Below are positions 13,501 through 28,978 of a stretch of DNA of 64,000 nucleotides, one piece after another (the stretch's first letter is position 1; the number at the start of each line of letters is the position of its first letter). Under the pieces are notes generated by a model that was given only the letters and a program-made list of their open reading frames with translations, made no database searches and was not told the origin of the DNA. The position numbers and the translations under genes are program-made. This stretch comes from the human T2T-CHM13v2.0 reference genome, Homo sapiens. Location of the stretch: NCBI GenBank assembly GCA_009914755.4, contig CP068257.2, positions 21,664,001 through 21,728,000 on the forward strand, in the 5' to 3' direction.

Positions 13501-16315
13501 GTGTTCACAATTAAAAACAAAGATTTGGATATCATTTACGTAGTGATGTTATTTTAGCACAGGCTGCATGAAACCATAAACAGCTTAGAAGAAAACGAAA
13601 ACACAAGAATAAAAACTATTTCCTCAGCTATGATGGTCATTTCTAATTGTAGAAATGAGGTAATAAAAGAAAATTTATGCTCATTTCTAATATTTTAATG
13701 ACAGTATATTCAACTGTCATTTGTAAAATTTTTTATAAAGCCAAATATCTCTTTCCCATAAATGGAGCAGTAGATACGAAATGATAATGAATATTTCAAA
13801 ATTATTAGGGCATTCAGTCAATATTCGAAACTGAGAATAGATATATCAAAACACAAATTAACACACCTATTTTCAGTTTCACCTCACACTATTTCTCTTA
13901 TAACCACAGATATTAGCTATAAAATGAAAATACCCTGAGTGAATCATGGCCCCAATTCCTACTAAGCATGTGGAATGTTTGATATAACTAGTGTATTATT
14001 TCTGATTACTGTTTTGAAACTTACCAATATTAGCAAAAATATTGGAAGTCATGGTTAAACGCAATGATTACTATAAACACATATACACATGAGTAAATAG
14101 TAATGTATATAGATTATCCTATTTATAAAGTGTATCTGGTTACTAACGCTTCCCAATTAAAGATGCTAAGAAATATTTATTGAACACTCATTATAAGCTA
14201 CATTTTATTCTTGATATTTTAGTTTGAAATATGTCCAAGACATGTTTTCTACCTTTGAAAATCTTACAATCTACGACGGGAAGCACATACCTCACTAAAA
14301 ATATCCATATACTAAATACAGTAATAAGAATATTCAAAGTCCTACAAAAATACAAGAAGAACATTTTATTCATTAGAATCGTTTATTCATTAGAATCATA
14401 CATTGCATTCAATTGTTATGTCTCATCCATTATGTAAATGAATAAGAAGGGTAAAATCCTGCCCCTGTCAGAGACCTTGTGAATATACATTTGTGAATAG
14501 TAACTTCATTTCTATTACCCTTACGTTTTAAGTTGTAGCGTTATTTCGAGAGGAATGAATACAAGCATTGAGCAATCAGCCGAACGCATGGGTAATCCTT
14601 TAAGTTCTGAAATCAAGACTCAGGGGCGAGGGCCCTGCTGGAGTTCTATAGAACAGCAACGTGTGTACATACCACCAGTGGCTGAATGACCTAGAGGGGT
14701 TCATGTACAGTTTTCTTTGCAGAATTCTCAGAGGGTTTTCAGCAAAGTTGTAACAACTATGTAACCCAGACCTACATCTCCCCCTTTCTAGTAGATTCAA
14801 AGAAATCTCTATAATCAGTTCCTTGAAATTGGAAGTGAGTCCACTGTGAGAAAATTGATGAATGTTTGTTTACCTGCTGGGTGTAAAAATGGAAAAATAT
14901 CAACCTAAGGAAGTATTTGTTTTAATCTTGTGTTGTGCTTGATGATTATGCAGCAACTGGAAACGGGCTATAGGGCAAGAAATCAGGAGGCAGCCACACA
15001 CTCAGAAGTTCAGTGCTGGCCAACAGATATTTATTTGCTGCCAAAAGATTTCTGCTCACCAGAAAGCAGGGTGGTTCCAGGATATTTATATACCCTACAG
15101 CTGCAGCATGGTTTATAACTCAAATACTGGAGAATCTCCACATCTCTGTATCTCAGGGATACAAATAGAAACATGTTAAAGGAGGATGCTTTTGGACTTT
15201 ATCCTTTTTAAATTATGGCTTAAGCACAAAAATGTTACAAAAAAATGTTTGGGGGTGTGACAAGGAGATTGGGGGCTACTGCACACTTATTAAGTTATGA
15301 GACTTCAAGTATTCCAGAAAGCTTCATGTTTATTATAAGCCTATTGGCGTATGTTATGAAAAAGTTACATACTCTGTTTAAATATTGTATAACTCAGTTC
15401 TATCTTATTGTTACATATTCAAACATAGAAAGGAAAGTGTCTTTCAAGAGGTCAAAGAAAACAAAAACTTCAAGAGGTCAAAGAAAACAAAAATGTTAAC
15501 TTAGAAAAGTAGACCACCAATTCTAGGGCAAGAAAAGTTACAAGCTTGAGTATGCTGCAGGTGGGTTTTCAATGTATATGGAAGTAGTTTCCATGTCTCA
15601 AGCAATGAAAATAAATATAATTTAAAATAGACAGAGGTTTCACATGGCAGGGAGAAATTGAGTCCATCGAAACCATAAAAAGTGCAAACAGAAGATAAAA
15701 GGAATGTACGTGTGTCTAAGAGAACTGTGCCATTCAGCAGCCACTAAAACACCACCACTTAGGAACAAGGCAGAATGTAAATTCCACATGGGCATAGAGA
15801 TTTGTTCATTGCTATGTCAGTAGCACTTAAAATAGTATGTGGCTTACATGTTGCTAAGTACATATTTGTGGAATATTTGAATTAATGAAGAAAGATGGGA
15901 TGAGTGTTTACAGAGGAACATAAAAAAGAAACATTTTAATAATATAAAAAAGCTTTGTCTATTTGAAAGTAAATTAAACATAAATACCAAGTTGAGTCTA
16001 GGGACATGTTAGATAAGGTGCTTAAAGTTTGTTTGAGGTGCTGCTGAATCCCCCATCACCATCTATCTGGGCAGAGACACAGAATTCACAATTACTCTGG
16101 ACCTATGTTTCCTTACCTTAGTGCAAACCATTCTATCGAACTGCTATTTTTATAACAATATCTTCTGTTTCTCTTAAAACTTACTGTGTATTTCATTCAC
16201 TTAGAGTTTGGTTAACTAACTAATTAGATATAAACCATTATCACTATGTTGATATGACTGACATTTAAAAATGTAATTGGCTCTCCCTGGTTTATATGTC
16301 CACAAACGATTTGAT

Positions 16316-16395
16316 ATAAAGATGGATAGATGAATGATTAATGATAGATAGAAAGATAAATTGATATAGATAGATAAATGATAGATATAAACATA
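16316..16395. repeat. Degenerate (GATA)n/(GATG)n simple repeat
   Basis: 'gatggatagatgaatgattaatgatagatagaaagataaattgatatagatagataaatgatagatata' is seen directly. Confidence 0.85.
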
Positions 16396-17258
16396 TAAGT
16401 AGACTCAAATATTTAGGGGTCTTCAAACTTGCAAAACTGAAATGAAGAATAAAGCTATCTCCAGCCCTCTAGGAGGCTATTTAGGAATAGCTTTATTAAA
16501 AGTTATTTTCAGATATTTTTATACTGAATTTATATCCATAGACACATAAAAAGTGATACTATGCTAATATTGATAGTAATGTAAAGTTCAAGTCTTTTCA
16601 GATCATTTTTACTCTGCATAATGAGCCTAGAATAAAAGAGAAACTCCAGAGTTAAAATGGATGTAAAGTTCTAGATCATAGTAAGAATAAAATACTTTTC
16701 CTATAATAGGCCATTATGCCAAGGGAATGGTCTTACTTATTGTTGCACAAGTGTCTTGAAAAGGACTTATGGCTATATTTCCTCTAGGGATTTCATCATT
16801 TCAGATTACAAAAATTCATTAATCTCCAAAGTCCTAAATATTGTCATTTTTGTAAATAAGTACTCACAGAGCATCCCAGATACAATGTCATAGCTTGACC
16901 AGAAATTAGTAGTCGTTTATATCTTTTTATTCTTACCCATTTAGTGGATCATTGAGAAAGTTCAGTGCCAAGAGATCAGCCATGTCAACAATGGCCCTAG
17001 AGTTAAGGGGGTTTCTCTCAGAATTATAACACCTACTTTCTAAATTTGGACCAGTATCTTTTCCATTCTAATAGTGGTTTTCAAACTTCTCTAAGACCAC
17101 CAGAAAAAGAAATTAGTGGGATCAGGATTCTGGAGCTTCTGAGCCCTCTGGCCCTGGTTCCGCTGGACATATTTTATTCTATCCCATATCTAGCTTTTAT
17201 GATAAATTTTGCTAAGAAAAGGTTTATCTTACTAAAATCTTCAAAAATCTTATATACT

Positions 17259-17621
17259 GGTAATATGGTTTGGCTGTGTCCCCACCCACAACTTATCTTG
17301 AATTGTAATTCCCAAGTGTTGTAGGAAGGACCCAGTAGGAGGTGATTGAATCATGGGGGTGAGTATTTCCTGTGCTGTTCTTGTGATAGTAAATAAGTCT
17401 CATGAAATTAGATGGCTTTATAAAGGGCATTTCCCCTGCGCACACCGTCTTGCCTGCCACCATGTAAGATGTGCCTTTGCTCCTCCTTTGCCTTCCACTA
17501 TAATATTGAGGCCCCTTCAGCCATGTGGAACAGTAAGTACGTTATGTTAAACATCTTTCTCTTTATGAATTACCCAGTCTCAGGTATTTCTTCAGAGCAG
17601 TATGAAAATTGATTAATACAA
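17259..17621 (+). mobile_element. Solo THE1-type MaLR LTR (ERVL-MaLR)
   Basis: It starts 'taatatggtttggctgtgtccccacccacaacttatcttgaattgtaattccc...ggaggtgattgaatcatggggg...agtctcatgaaattagatggctttataaaggg...ccatgtggaac' and ends '...cagtatgaaaattgattaataca'. This closely matches the THE1 LTR consensus. There is no internal region. Confidence 0.85.
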
Positions 17622-18794
17622 GTAAAAAACAAATATTAAGTAAAATGAATAGTACTTAATATAATTCCTCCTTTTAAGACAGAAAACACCCCCTCAAGAT
17701 GGATGCATAGAGGAAACTAAATAATATCCCTAAAAATGGTGGCAAAAATGTTTCCTGTTAACTATTAGAGTGAATCCTGAATATTTGACTCTAAAATTCT
17801 GTTTTTCATCAGTAAAAGAGATCAGTAGATTATATCAATTGGAAAAGATTTCACGAGAAAGCACATTGGAAAATAATCTCAGGTGGTAGTGGCAGTCCAG
17901 ATGAATATAAACCAAAAACATTGTAGTTGAGCTTCCAATGCAAAGAAGAAAGTAGCTGGTAAGGAGACTCCAAGCACTGTTTAAAAATTAAGCAAGAAAG
18001 AAGGTGTGAAACAAATGAGATCAAAAGTCTGTGAATATAAATAATTTAAGTGTCATGAGAAGAAACATGTTTTGTGTGATCTAGTGTTTCACTAGGGTTA
18101 TGGATAACATAGGAAATGTATCACAAATCATACTTTTTATTTCCAGATGGTTTGGCTTCTGATTCCTTGTGTAAATCATTTCCAAAATCTCTAGACCAGA
18201 TTCCTACACCAAACACAAGCCTACCAGTTGTTCATTTGGTCCCTCATCCTTACTTAGTGGCTAATGCAGAACTACATAATCTATGGAAAGCATAGTCTAC
18301 TCTCTATGACTCGATACTCATCCAAATTGTACCCGCTTGTTATTTTCACACAAGATGAAGCACAAGGTTCTATCTCCTTTAGAAATGGTTGTTCTAATTC
18401 AAGTCCACTTGCTTATGGGATTCTATAATATCATTCATTAGCCCAGTCTCTGGACAAGGATTCAGGAATCCTTAGGGCCATCGAATATTTTAATTGTGAT
18501 ATTAACTCATATAACTTCAGATAATTTATCAGTTATTTTTCTTAAAATAACTTATTTTTCCTGAGTATAAAATTTCATTGAAGAATTCCACCTGCAGCCA
18601 TGACAAAGTCATTCGCACTAGATTGGTTACCGTAAATGTTAACTATAAAAACATATGAGGAAATTATTTTTAGAGATTGAACAAGTTTCACTAGATTGTA
18701 CTCTTTGTCAAAAGTATCTACTTGACATGAACCCCATGGTTATTCCTCAGTAGATATGGCATTCTCCCTGTCGGTCCTTTAGAGCTGAAAGCAG

Positions 18795-19045
18795 AGATAT
18801 AAACCCCAAATGGATGACCACTTTGCTGAGTTTAGGAGGCTGCTGCAGCTGATGGAATTTGTAGGGCAGAACATGTAGGGGAGGGATAGCAGTGGGTGAT
18901 ATACCTAATGCTAGATGACGAGTTAGTGGGTGCAGCACACCAGCATGGCACATGTATACGTATGTAACTAACCTGCACAATGTGCACATGTACCCTAAAA
19001 CTTAAAGTATAATAATTAAAAAAATAAAAAAAAAATAAGAAGACG
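18795..19045 (+). mobile_element. 5'-truncated LINE-1 3' end (3' UTR terminus plus poly-A tail), L1PA-like
   Basis: 'gggagggatagcagtgggtgatatacctaatgctagatgacgagttagtgggtgcagcacaccagcatggcacatgtatacgtatgtaactaacctgcacaatgtgcacatgtaccctaaaacttaaagtataataattaaaaaaataaaaaaaaaataag' is the canonical L1 3' terminus. The left boundary is approximate. Confidence 0.8.
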
Positions 19046-20909
19046 GAGCTGCATGAAGTGATAGGGTAGGATCCCAGGCTCTTCACAGAATATATGAGGG
19101 GTTCCTGGTTAAAGTAGGAACTATGTCTGCAGAGTTGGAGACTCTAAAGGGATATAGGTATGCTAAAATTTTCCTCAGCTCCATGAAAATGTTTCATTGT
19201 AAAGGAAACACAACAGCAGGGTTACCCACAGCAGCTCCAGCACATCCGTTACACAGAGGCAGCTGAAGCAATGCGTTGCTGTTGTGTCCTAGATATTTAA
19301 GAATAATCTAAGACAAATATACCAACAAGAAAAAGGAAGTAGGAATAAGCCACATAATACATGTTAAATGACTAAAGAAGATATTTACAAATAGATAGCA
19401 ATGCATCAGAATTATGAGACAATATGGTTAAATGGTATTAAAATTTATGAAATAGTGCATAGGATAAACAAGAATAAATCAATTATCAGAGAACATAATT
19501 GGAATGAGAGATGTTTTCCACAACAAAAACATTCAAAAAATATAATTTTTTTTTTAAAAAATATGAGCTACGGAGTTGATTTTAAAGCTCTATGTAATGT
19601 TCCAGACTGAGTTAGGCAGAATTTTAACAATTACCCCAACACTCCACTCCATGGTCTATACCACCTGTCCAATGTTCTACCCTTGAATATCGATGGATCT
19701 GTGATTTAATAAGATATGGCCACATTATATGAGAAAGGTAAAGGAATTTGCAAATGTAATTGAGATTTCTAAAACAGTTAGCTTCCAGGTTTTATCAAAT
19801 GGTGATTATTTGGGGTGAGGCAAACCCAGTGGGTTGGAAGAAGAAGCATATTCCCTTTGTAGCATTTTAGAGAGGGATGTGGCAAGAAACTGGGAGTGGC
19901 CTCTAGCAGCTGAGTACTTCAGTTCTATACTTAAGGGACTGCTGCCGAAAATGACTTATCTTGAAAGAGGACAGAGACTCAGACAAGACTGCAGATCTGG
20001 CTGACACTTTGATTTCAGCCTGGTGAGATCCTGAGTCAACCCTGTGCAGGTTCCTGGCCTCCTGTCAGTCAGACAGCTCTCCATGGAAAATGTTCCTCCA
20101 CATGACTCAACTATTCTGGTATCCTCATATTCTTATATCGGAGCAGATCTGCACCAAGGAGAAGCAAGGCACAATCTAATCACCATTCAAGCAAAGTTTC
20201 TATGAGAAAACAGGAAGCATGCCAGAAGCTGCACCAACAGAATATTTCCCAGTTTAACATTTTAAATATATCTCCTCCACAGAATATATTATTGGAGCTT
20301 TTTAAAATAAACTGAGATATCCAAAAGAATCATGTTACAAAGTTCAATTTTGCTAATATTCAAATCTAGTCCTTTGTAGAAAGACATTCAAAAACTCAAG
20401 TTACACTAAAAAAAAATGCATCAGAGCAGAAAAACAATTTATACCTAGATGTGAAAAAATTGTAACAAAGAATTTATAAGAAAGACAGTCTTTTGGGAAA
20501 ATTGAAAAATCATAGAGTCAAATAAAAATTATAAAAACGGCAAAGTAAACAAACCATGAGATACCGTTTCCACAGAGCAGAATAGAAAAAATGACTACAA
20601 CCTGAAAGTATATACTTTCACACATATACAATATAAGTATGTCAATCACAGCTGTTTCAAATACTGAAAAGTCAGAACAATTCCCTAATACAGGTGATTA
20701 CTATAGGAGAATCATTAAACATTGGAATTAATACATTCATGGAAAGACAGGCAAGCATGTGTAGACAAACTAATAGAAAAAAATTTCCCCAAACATTGTT
20801 AATTGACAAAACAAGTCACTACAAAGTAAATTAAATGTAATTCAAAATAAAACATAAAAACCAAGTCTACTATGAGTATAAATATTTTGGAACTATATAA
20901 AAATAATGA

Positions 20910-21267
<358 letters not shown>

Positions 21268-22091
21268 AAAGATGTGTGTTTTAATTCAGAATACTTCTTG
21301 ATATATGCTTGGATCTTTTTCAACAAAATGCACTCCTATGTTACTTGAGTAAATTACAAAATTAAAATAATCTAGACATTTAAATTTGAAAATGTGCTTT
21401 TCAGCCATTTTGGAGATCAAATACTGTCAAATTGAAGTTCCTTTGCAAATGAAAAACAACAATAAACTCAAATGATATCATAATGGGTGAAATAAAGCAA
21501 TGTGGCCTGACAATTGTCATCGTTAACATTTATAGTTTCTTGTAAGAGTTGTGCTTATTTACCAGATAAACAAGACAAATTTAAATAAATATGAAATAAA
21601 TTATGCATATTGTAATTGTTGAGCTGATTTGGAGTTTTATGCCAATATTATCTATGTATTTATCTTACTGTATTATGAATCCTCATATTGATTACAACTA
21701 CTTGAAGCAGGCCAGCTTCTTTATATTGGAGGTCTGTTAGTATAGGATTCGACAGGAAAATAATTATTATTAATTAACATACAAATAAAATATCAGAGGA
21801 TGAAGTATCAAATCAGAAGACACAGTACTCAGATGTCAGTTGTCAAACAAACCTGGGAGGCTGATAATCACAGTTGAATTAAACAAGGAAGAGAAGGTGA
21901 AGTAAACGTTGTTAACCACAAACCAAAAGAATGCAGTGTAGGAATCCTGCTGACCAAGAGCCTGGGGATATTGGAAGAGAAACCAAGGCATAGGAAAACT
22001 GGGCAATACGACAAAATACAATCCCCAAATCTTAAAGAGCGAGGCATAAACAGAGTCCTAGTAATCCATACCAATAGAGACAAGAAGTCCT

Positions 22092-22391
<300 letters not shown>

Positions 22392-22574
22392 GTCCTATGT
22401 TGTCCATGTGGCCATTAACAGCAACAGAAGACAGTGTGTTGGTCACTCATTCCAGAGCAGTTGTTATCTGTTCCGTCCTGAACTTGTGTTCGCTTCTTGT
22501 GAGGACTCTCATAGATGATGGTTGTTTGGTGGAAGGTGGCTTGCAGTAGATTTCTGTGATTTCTGGCTTTTCAA

Positions 22575-22710
22575 TTTTTTAAACTTTCATTTTAGATTTG
22601 GGGGTACATGTGAAGGTTTGCTACATAGGTAAACACATGTCACAGGGTTTTTCTACTGTTAGGCACTGGGCTTAATACCTGGCTGATGGGATTCCTGGCC
22701 TTTTAAAGTA
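22575..22710. mobile_element. Short L1 3'-UTR-derived fragment(s), orientation mixed or uncertain
   Basis: 'ttttagatttgggggtacatgtgaaggtttgctacataggtaaacacatgtcacaggg' resembles the antisense L1 3' end. The adjacent 'cactgggcttaatacctggctgatggg' resembles the sense L1 3' UTR ('gctgggcttaatacctaggtgatggg'). The segment is short and diverged. Confidence 0.35.
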
Positions 22711-22858
22711 GAAGCAGCAGCAGCTGATATTTCCTGAGAGTTTTGATCCTTGATCACTTGTGTCTTCTCTACAACATTGCCTACCAGAGCTTGGACCTGT
22801 AGGCCAGGTTCTAAATATGCTTTAAAAAAGAGTAAAAAAGTACCCATTTCTGTTTTTT

Positions 22859-22920
22859 CACAAACATATACATACGCACATGTGCGTGCACACACAAACA
22901 CACACACACCCACACACGCT
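22859..22920. repeat. Imperfect (CA)n / CACG-rich simple repeat
   Basis: 'acatatacatacgcacatgtgcgtgcacacacaaacacacacacacccacacacgc'. The ORF at 22659-22913 overlaps this tract. Confidence 0.85.
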
Positions 22921-25610
22921 TAGTGGAGAGAGCAAAAGAGAGAGAGCAAAAATAATCATTAATAAATTGCATTAGTTAAAAAAAAATTCTTTCTATATTT
23001 CCACAGTACAAATCGTTAAATGAGTACTGGGAATGCTTTCTCACTTGCTAACATTAAAATTATGAAGGTATTTTAGAACTTTAAGAGCAAGACATTTTAG
23101 AAAATAATTTTCAGAATTCTCCAGTATTCTCCATACATAGTAAACTCGTTAAATATATTGAGTAAATAATTGTTTCAAGATATAAATACTTATATTATTT
23201 TGTTGTTGTAGTTTTCTCTTTTTGTAAGCCTACTAGTCAGAATAAAATCACCTTACATCCAGTTCTTCAAATTTTAGAATTGAGAATATTTAGTGGCGTT
23301 CCAGTGCAGCGTTGAAATGTGCGTTGAAATTTAAGCTTTCTCAAAAAGAAGGAAATAACGATTTTCTCATCTATATATATCCCTTAAGTAGGAGATACCT
23401 CATTTGAGTAGCAAATTCTGAAGAAATACTGAATGTAAAATGCTATTTGTTAAATATGGAGAAACTGGACCCTGATAGGGAAAGTCTTATTTAAAACTTC
23501 AAAAATTTCAGCAGTATTGACAGTGAAAGATATGAGCTAGACAGAATGTAAAATGGTAATCAACTAAAACACTTCAGGCTGCAAGCTGTGGCTTCAGAAC
23601 AAGTTCAAACTGCTTTTCAAACTCTACATTGGCTTTTACTATATGTGCCCTCAGCGCCTCAAACTATCTGAGCATCTGATAAGAAATAGAAGCACTAAGT
23701 TGGTCTGTCCTGATTCTTGTGTACAATTTTTTTGTCAGGGAAAATAGCAACCAATCTTGTACACCCAGATTTGTGTTCCTTCTTCCGTGTAATCAAACTC
23801 AGAAAGTCAACTAAATAAACAGACGCCTTATTTTCTTTACATATTATTTACTTCTACATTAAAATAATACTTCTTCATTTAAAAATGTTTCCCTGATCTT
23901 TGTAAAAGATTAAAATTTTAACTAAACTATAGATCAACTGAAGCCCAAAATACAAGTGAGTAAGGAATACAGCCACCTATATTGAGGAGAAAAAGAAAAT
24001 GGGTGATGCTGAATATTGCAAAGTGCAAATTGGCAGTGTACTCTCCATTATCTTTGTTAATGGGGCAACGTGGTGGCCCAGTCATCTGGGCCATCTATAG
24101 TAAGTCCTCTAATGGTTTATTTCCTTTAGCCTGTGATATATTATTTTATTTTGTTCCTGTGTATGTATTCCTTTAATTATATTTTAACACTACATTATTA
24201 AAATAAATGTGCATTCCTTGAACACACACTGGGCATTGAGGAAGAAAGTCTGTATGTGAAAGGCTGTTGAATAGAAAGTGGAGGATATTCCACCACTAAA
24301 ATTTTATTATTTTAATCCAGAATACAGATAATCAACTCTTGAATAAATATAAGATAATGGCATTACTTAATTGATGCATTTGTATATTGAATGACTTTAT
24401 ATGAACTGAGAAGACGTATTTTGAATCTTATAAATGCCCTTCATGGCTTTCGATGAAACTAGATTAGAAAGAAGGCACATCAACTGTAGCAGAATATATT
24501 TCACATACGAACACAGAAACACATGGATAAACAAAAATAATGAATAGCTCGCAGTAGTAAAAAAAAATACTATGTCTTCAAAACACTTAAGGGTATACAC
24601 ATAGGCAGAGAAATGGAAACAGAATCAGTAGTAGAAGTAAAGAAGAGCTAAATCACTCAGTCTTGTATGCCATTTAAGATGTGTGAACTTTACAATAAAG
24701 TAATAGAATATAGAGTAAATTATAGTTCAGTTAAGAATCATCAACGAATTTTCATTCCAAATAGTCAAAGTATGATCAGTAACCCAATATTAATATTGTC
24801 TCAAATATCTCCTCTAAACTTATTTAGTAACTGCAAATGAACTTAAAAAAGTATTAACTAAGGAATAGAGTAACTGTACAATTATTTAACTATATGATCA
24901 AAATTAAAATGACAAGTAAGACTGAGGGGATCTTGTGCCTCTGGAGGTGTTACACTAAAAGAACAAAGTATCATTTATAAAATATTGTAGCCAAAAATTA
25001 ATAACAAACTTAATCACGAGAAAACATTAGAAAATCCAAAATTAAGAAAAAGAGTTTTGTTTGTATTTTTCAAAAATGTCACACGTATGAAAGACAAATG
25101 ATAAGAACACTTTTCAGATTAAAAAAATACTGAAGAGAATGACAACTAAATTTAGCAAAGGATACTAGACATGAACGGGTGCTGGGATAAACAATTACTT
25201 TAAAGGACATTCTTATTATTATAAAGCAAGTGACATATTTAAAATAGAACTTTCAATGATTAGATGCTAACATTGAATCAAATATACATTTACTGACTTT
25301 TAAAATTATACTGTTATAAAAGAAAATATTATTCTCAGAAAATACACAGCGAAGGCTGAGGGGTGACGATGCATGATGCATGCACTCTGCTCTAAAAGTT
25401 TTCATAACAAATAATATGGAGGAGGAAAGAGAAAGAGAATGATAAAGCAACTCAGGCACAGATGTTAAAATCTTGGAGAAAACAGTATATGGAAAATTTC
25501 ACAATTTCTTTGCAAAATCTCCGTAAATTTAAAATTATTTCACAATAAAATATTTTAAATATTCTGAACAACAAACATAAAAGTTTTCTTCAAAGAGTTA
25601 AAATGTTATG

Positions 25611-25922
<312 letters not shown>

Positions 25923-26948
25923 AAAATGTGATTATTTTAAAATATTACCCTGGGTGTAGTGAGGAGGACAAATTAGAAGAGTTTTTATCTGATTACAGGC
26001 AGACCAGTTGTGAAGGTCTAGTAGTTATTTAGGCGAGTGATGACTGTGTCTTTTCATACTTCATTGAGAGCAGTGATGGATAGAGGCAGAAGAAAGAACT
26101 TGGTGATATACAAGCAATTGAAAAAGGGGGAGGGTTGTAAAGAAGGTATTGTGTAGATGGTACAATCAATGCAGTAGGGATCCAAGAAGGAATTAGGTTA
26201 GCTTGGAATGTGAAATGCCTATAGAACTATTACATGATAATATCTAATAGCCATTTACGTATACTGATTTGTAACTCAGGGGACAAATAATAGTGGAAAT
26301 ATAGTTTGAGGTTCATATTTTGTCACCAAGAGCACACTTTATTCTGTGATAAACATTAGAGTTTTAGCATTTGTCCATGGAAAAAGTGGGAAGCAAATGA
26401 TTATGGAAGACAAACAAAAGAAGAATTTCAAGAAGGAAGAGGTATTCAGATTTGTTATAAACACGGCAAAAGTCAGGTAAGATCAATGCATTACTTTGCT
26501 AGGATTGTTGTAAAGAAGTATGACAAACTGAATTGCTTAAACAATAGAAACTTAGCATTTCACAGTTCTGGAGGCTCAATGTCCAAGATCAAGGCATTGT
26601 CAAAAGGGTTGGTTCCTTTTAAGGGGGTCAAAGAAAGCTCAGTGTCAGGTCTATCTCCTGGGCTTACTGATATCCATCTTCTTCCTTGCCTCTTCACATC
26701 CTCCTCCATCCATGGGTATTTGGGTTCAAATTTTCTCTTTCTATAAGAACACCAGTCATGCTGGACTAGGCACCCAACCTACTCTGGTATGAACTCATCT
26801 CAAATCATTACATCTGCAATGAACTTATTTACAAATAAATTCACTCTGCAAAGTACTAGAGATTAGAACATCAACCTGTGAATTTGGGGGATACAATCCA
26901 ACTCATAAAAATCAGAAATAAAATATTTTTTGGGTTGACCAAGGAGGG

Positions 26949-27341
26949 TGATATGGTTTGTCTCTGTGTCCCCACACAAATCTCATGTTGAATTGTGATC
27001 CTGAGTGTTGGAAGAGAGGCCTGGTGGGAGGTGATTGAATCTTGGGGGTGGTTTCTAATGGTTTAGTGCCAATCCCCTAGTGCTGTTTCATAATAGAGTT
27101 CTCATGAGATCTAGTTGTTTAAATGTGTGTAGTGCTTCGTCTTCACTCTCTCTCTCTCCTGCTCTACCATGTGAAGATTGTGCCTGCTTCTCCTCTGCTT
27201 TCTGCCATGACTGTAAGTTTCCTGAAGCCTTCCCAGCCATGCCTCCCACCTGTGGAACTGTAAGTAAATTAAACCCTTTTTTCTTTATAAATTCCTAGTC
27301 TCAGGTAGTTCTTTATAGCAGTGTGAGAATGGACTAATGCA
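26949..27341 (+). mobile_element. 5' LTR of the full-length THE1/MST-like element
   Basis: See the parent element. LTR termini 'tgatatgg...ggactaatgca' are present. Confidence 0.8.
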
Positions 27342-28978
27342 GAACATTGGTACCGGAGAAGTGGGCCATTGCTATGAAGATACCTGAAAATGTGGAAGCA
27401 ACGTTGGAACTGGGTAATGGGCTGAGTCTGGAACAGTTTGGAGGGATCAGAAGAAGACAGGAAGATGAGGGAAAGTTTGCAACTTCTAGAGACTTGTTGA
27501 ATGGCTGTGACCAAATTGCTGATAGCGATACGAACAGTGAAGTCCAGGCTGAGGTGGTCTCATATGGAAACAAGAAACTTATTGGGAACTGGAGTAAAGG
27601 TTACTTTTGCTGTGCTTTAGCAAAGAGACTGGTGGCATTGTGCCCATGCTCTAAAGATCTGTGGAACTTTGAACTAGAGAGAGATAATTTAGGGTATCTG
27701 GCAGAAGAAATTTCCAAGCAACAAAGTTTTCAGGAGGCTGCCTGGCTGCTTCTAACAGTGTGTACTCATATGCATTTGCAAAGAGAGTTTCTGAAACTGG
27801 AAATTATACTTAAAAGGGAAGCAGAGCATAAAAGCTTACAAATTTGCAGCCTGATCATGTGGTAGAAAAGGAAATCCTATTTTCAGGGGAGCAATTAAAA
27901 CTGGCAGAAAAAATTTGCAAAAGTAAAGAGGAACTGAATGTTAATAGCAAGACAATGGGGAAAATGCCTCCAAAGCATTTCAGAGACCTTCCTGGCAGCC
28001 CCTCCCATCACAGGCCTAAAGGACTAGGAGAGAAAAATGGTTTTGTGGGGGCAGGCCCAGGGCCCTGCTGCTCTGTGCATCCTCAGGACATGGCACCTTG
28101 CATTCCGGTGACTCCATCTCTAGCCATGCCTTAGCTTGAGCCAAGGTACAGCTCAGGCTGTTGCTTCAGGGGTGCATACCCTAAGACTTGGTGGCTTCCA
28201 TGTGGTGTTGGGCCTGCAGGTGCACAGAATGCAAGAGTTGAGGTTTGGGAGCCTCTGCCTAGATTTCAGAGTTTGTATGGAAATACCTGAATGTCAAAGC
28301 AGAAGTCTGCTACAGGAGAAAAGCCATCATGAAGAATCTCTACCTGGGCAGTAAAAAGGGGAAATATGGGACCGTAGCCCCCACACAGAGTCCCACTAGG
28401 GCACTGCCTAGTGGAGCTGTGCAAAGAGGACCACCATACTGTAGACTCCAGAATGGTAGATCCACTGACAGCTTGCACCATACTCCTGGAAAAACCACAG
28501 ACACTCAATGCCAGCCTCTGAGAGCTGCCATGGTGGCTGTACCCTACAGAGCCGCTGGGGCAGGGCTGCCCAAGGTCTTGGGAGCCCACCTCTTCCATCC
28601 TTCCATCATCGTGGCCTGCATGTGAGACATGGAGTCAAAGGAGGTTATTCTGGAGCTTTAAAATTTAATGACTGCCCTGCTGGGTTTCGGACTTGCATGG
28701 GGCCTGTGACCCCTTTGGTTTGGCCAACGTCTCCCTTGTGGAATGGGAGTATTTACCCAATGCCTGTATCTCCATTTTGTCTTGGAAGTAACTAAGTTGT
28801 TTTTTATTTTATAGGCTCATAGGTGCAAGGGTCTTGCCTTGTCTCAGATGAGACTTTGGACTGTGGACCTTTGAGGTACTACTGGAATGACTGAAGACAA
28901 TGGGGGATGGTTTGGAAAATGTGCTTGTGTTTTGAGATGTGAGGTGAACATGAGATTTGTGAGGGCCCAAAGGTGGAA

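Noticed and set aside
22575-22710. Adjacent antisense and sense L1 3'-UTR-like fragments, a possible twin-priming inversion signature
   Set aside because: The fragments are only about 60-90 bp each and diverged. Two independent tiny fragments, or chance similarity, cannot be excluded, so I kept this as a low-confidence feature only.
27347-28795. ORFs of 172 aa (27347-27865), 96 aa (27844-28134), 72 aa (28136-28354) and 98 aa (28329-28625), looking like possible coding sequence
   Set aside because: They lie wholly inside the internal region of the full-length THE1/MST MaLR element. Their near-identical counterparts occur in the second, antisense element, for example the 52109-52513 ORF with '...ELRFGNLCLDFRGYMEMPGC...' versus '...ELRFGSLCLDFRVCMEIPEC...'. 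MaLR internal regions are non-autonomous and non-coding.
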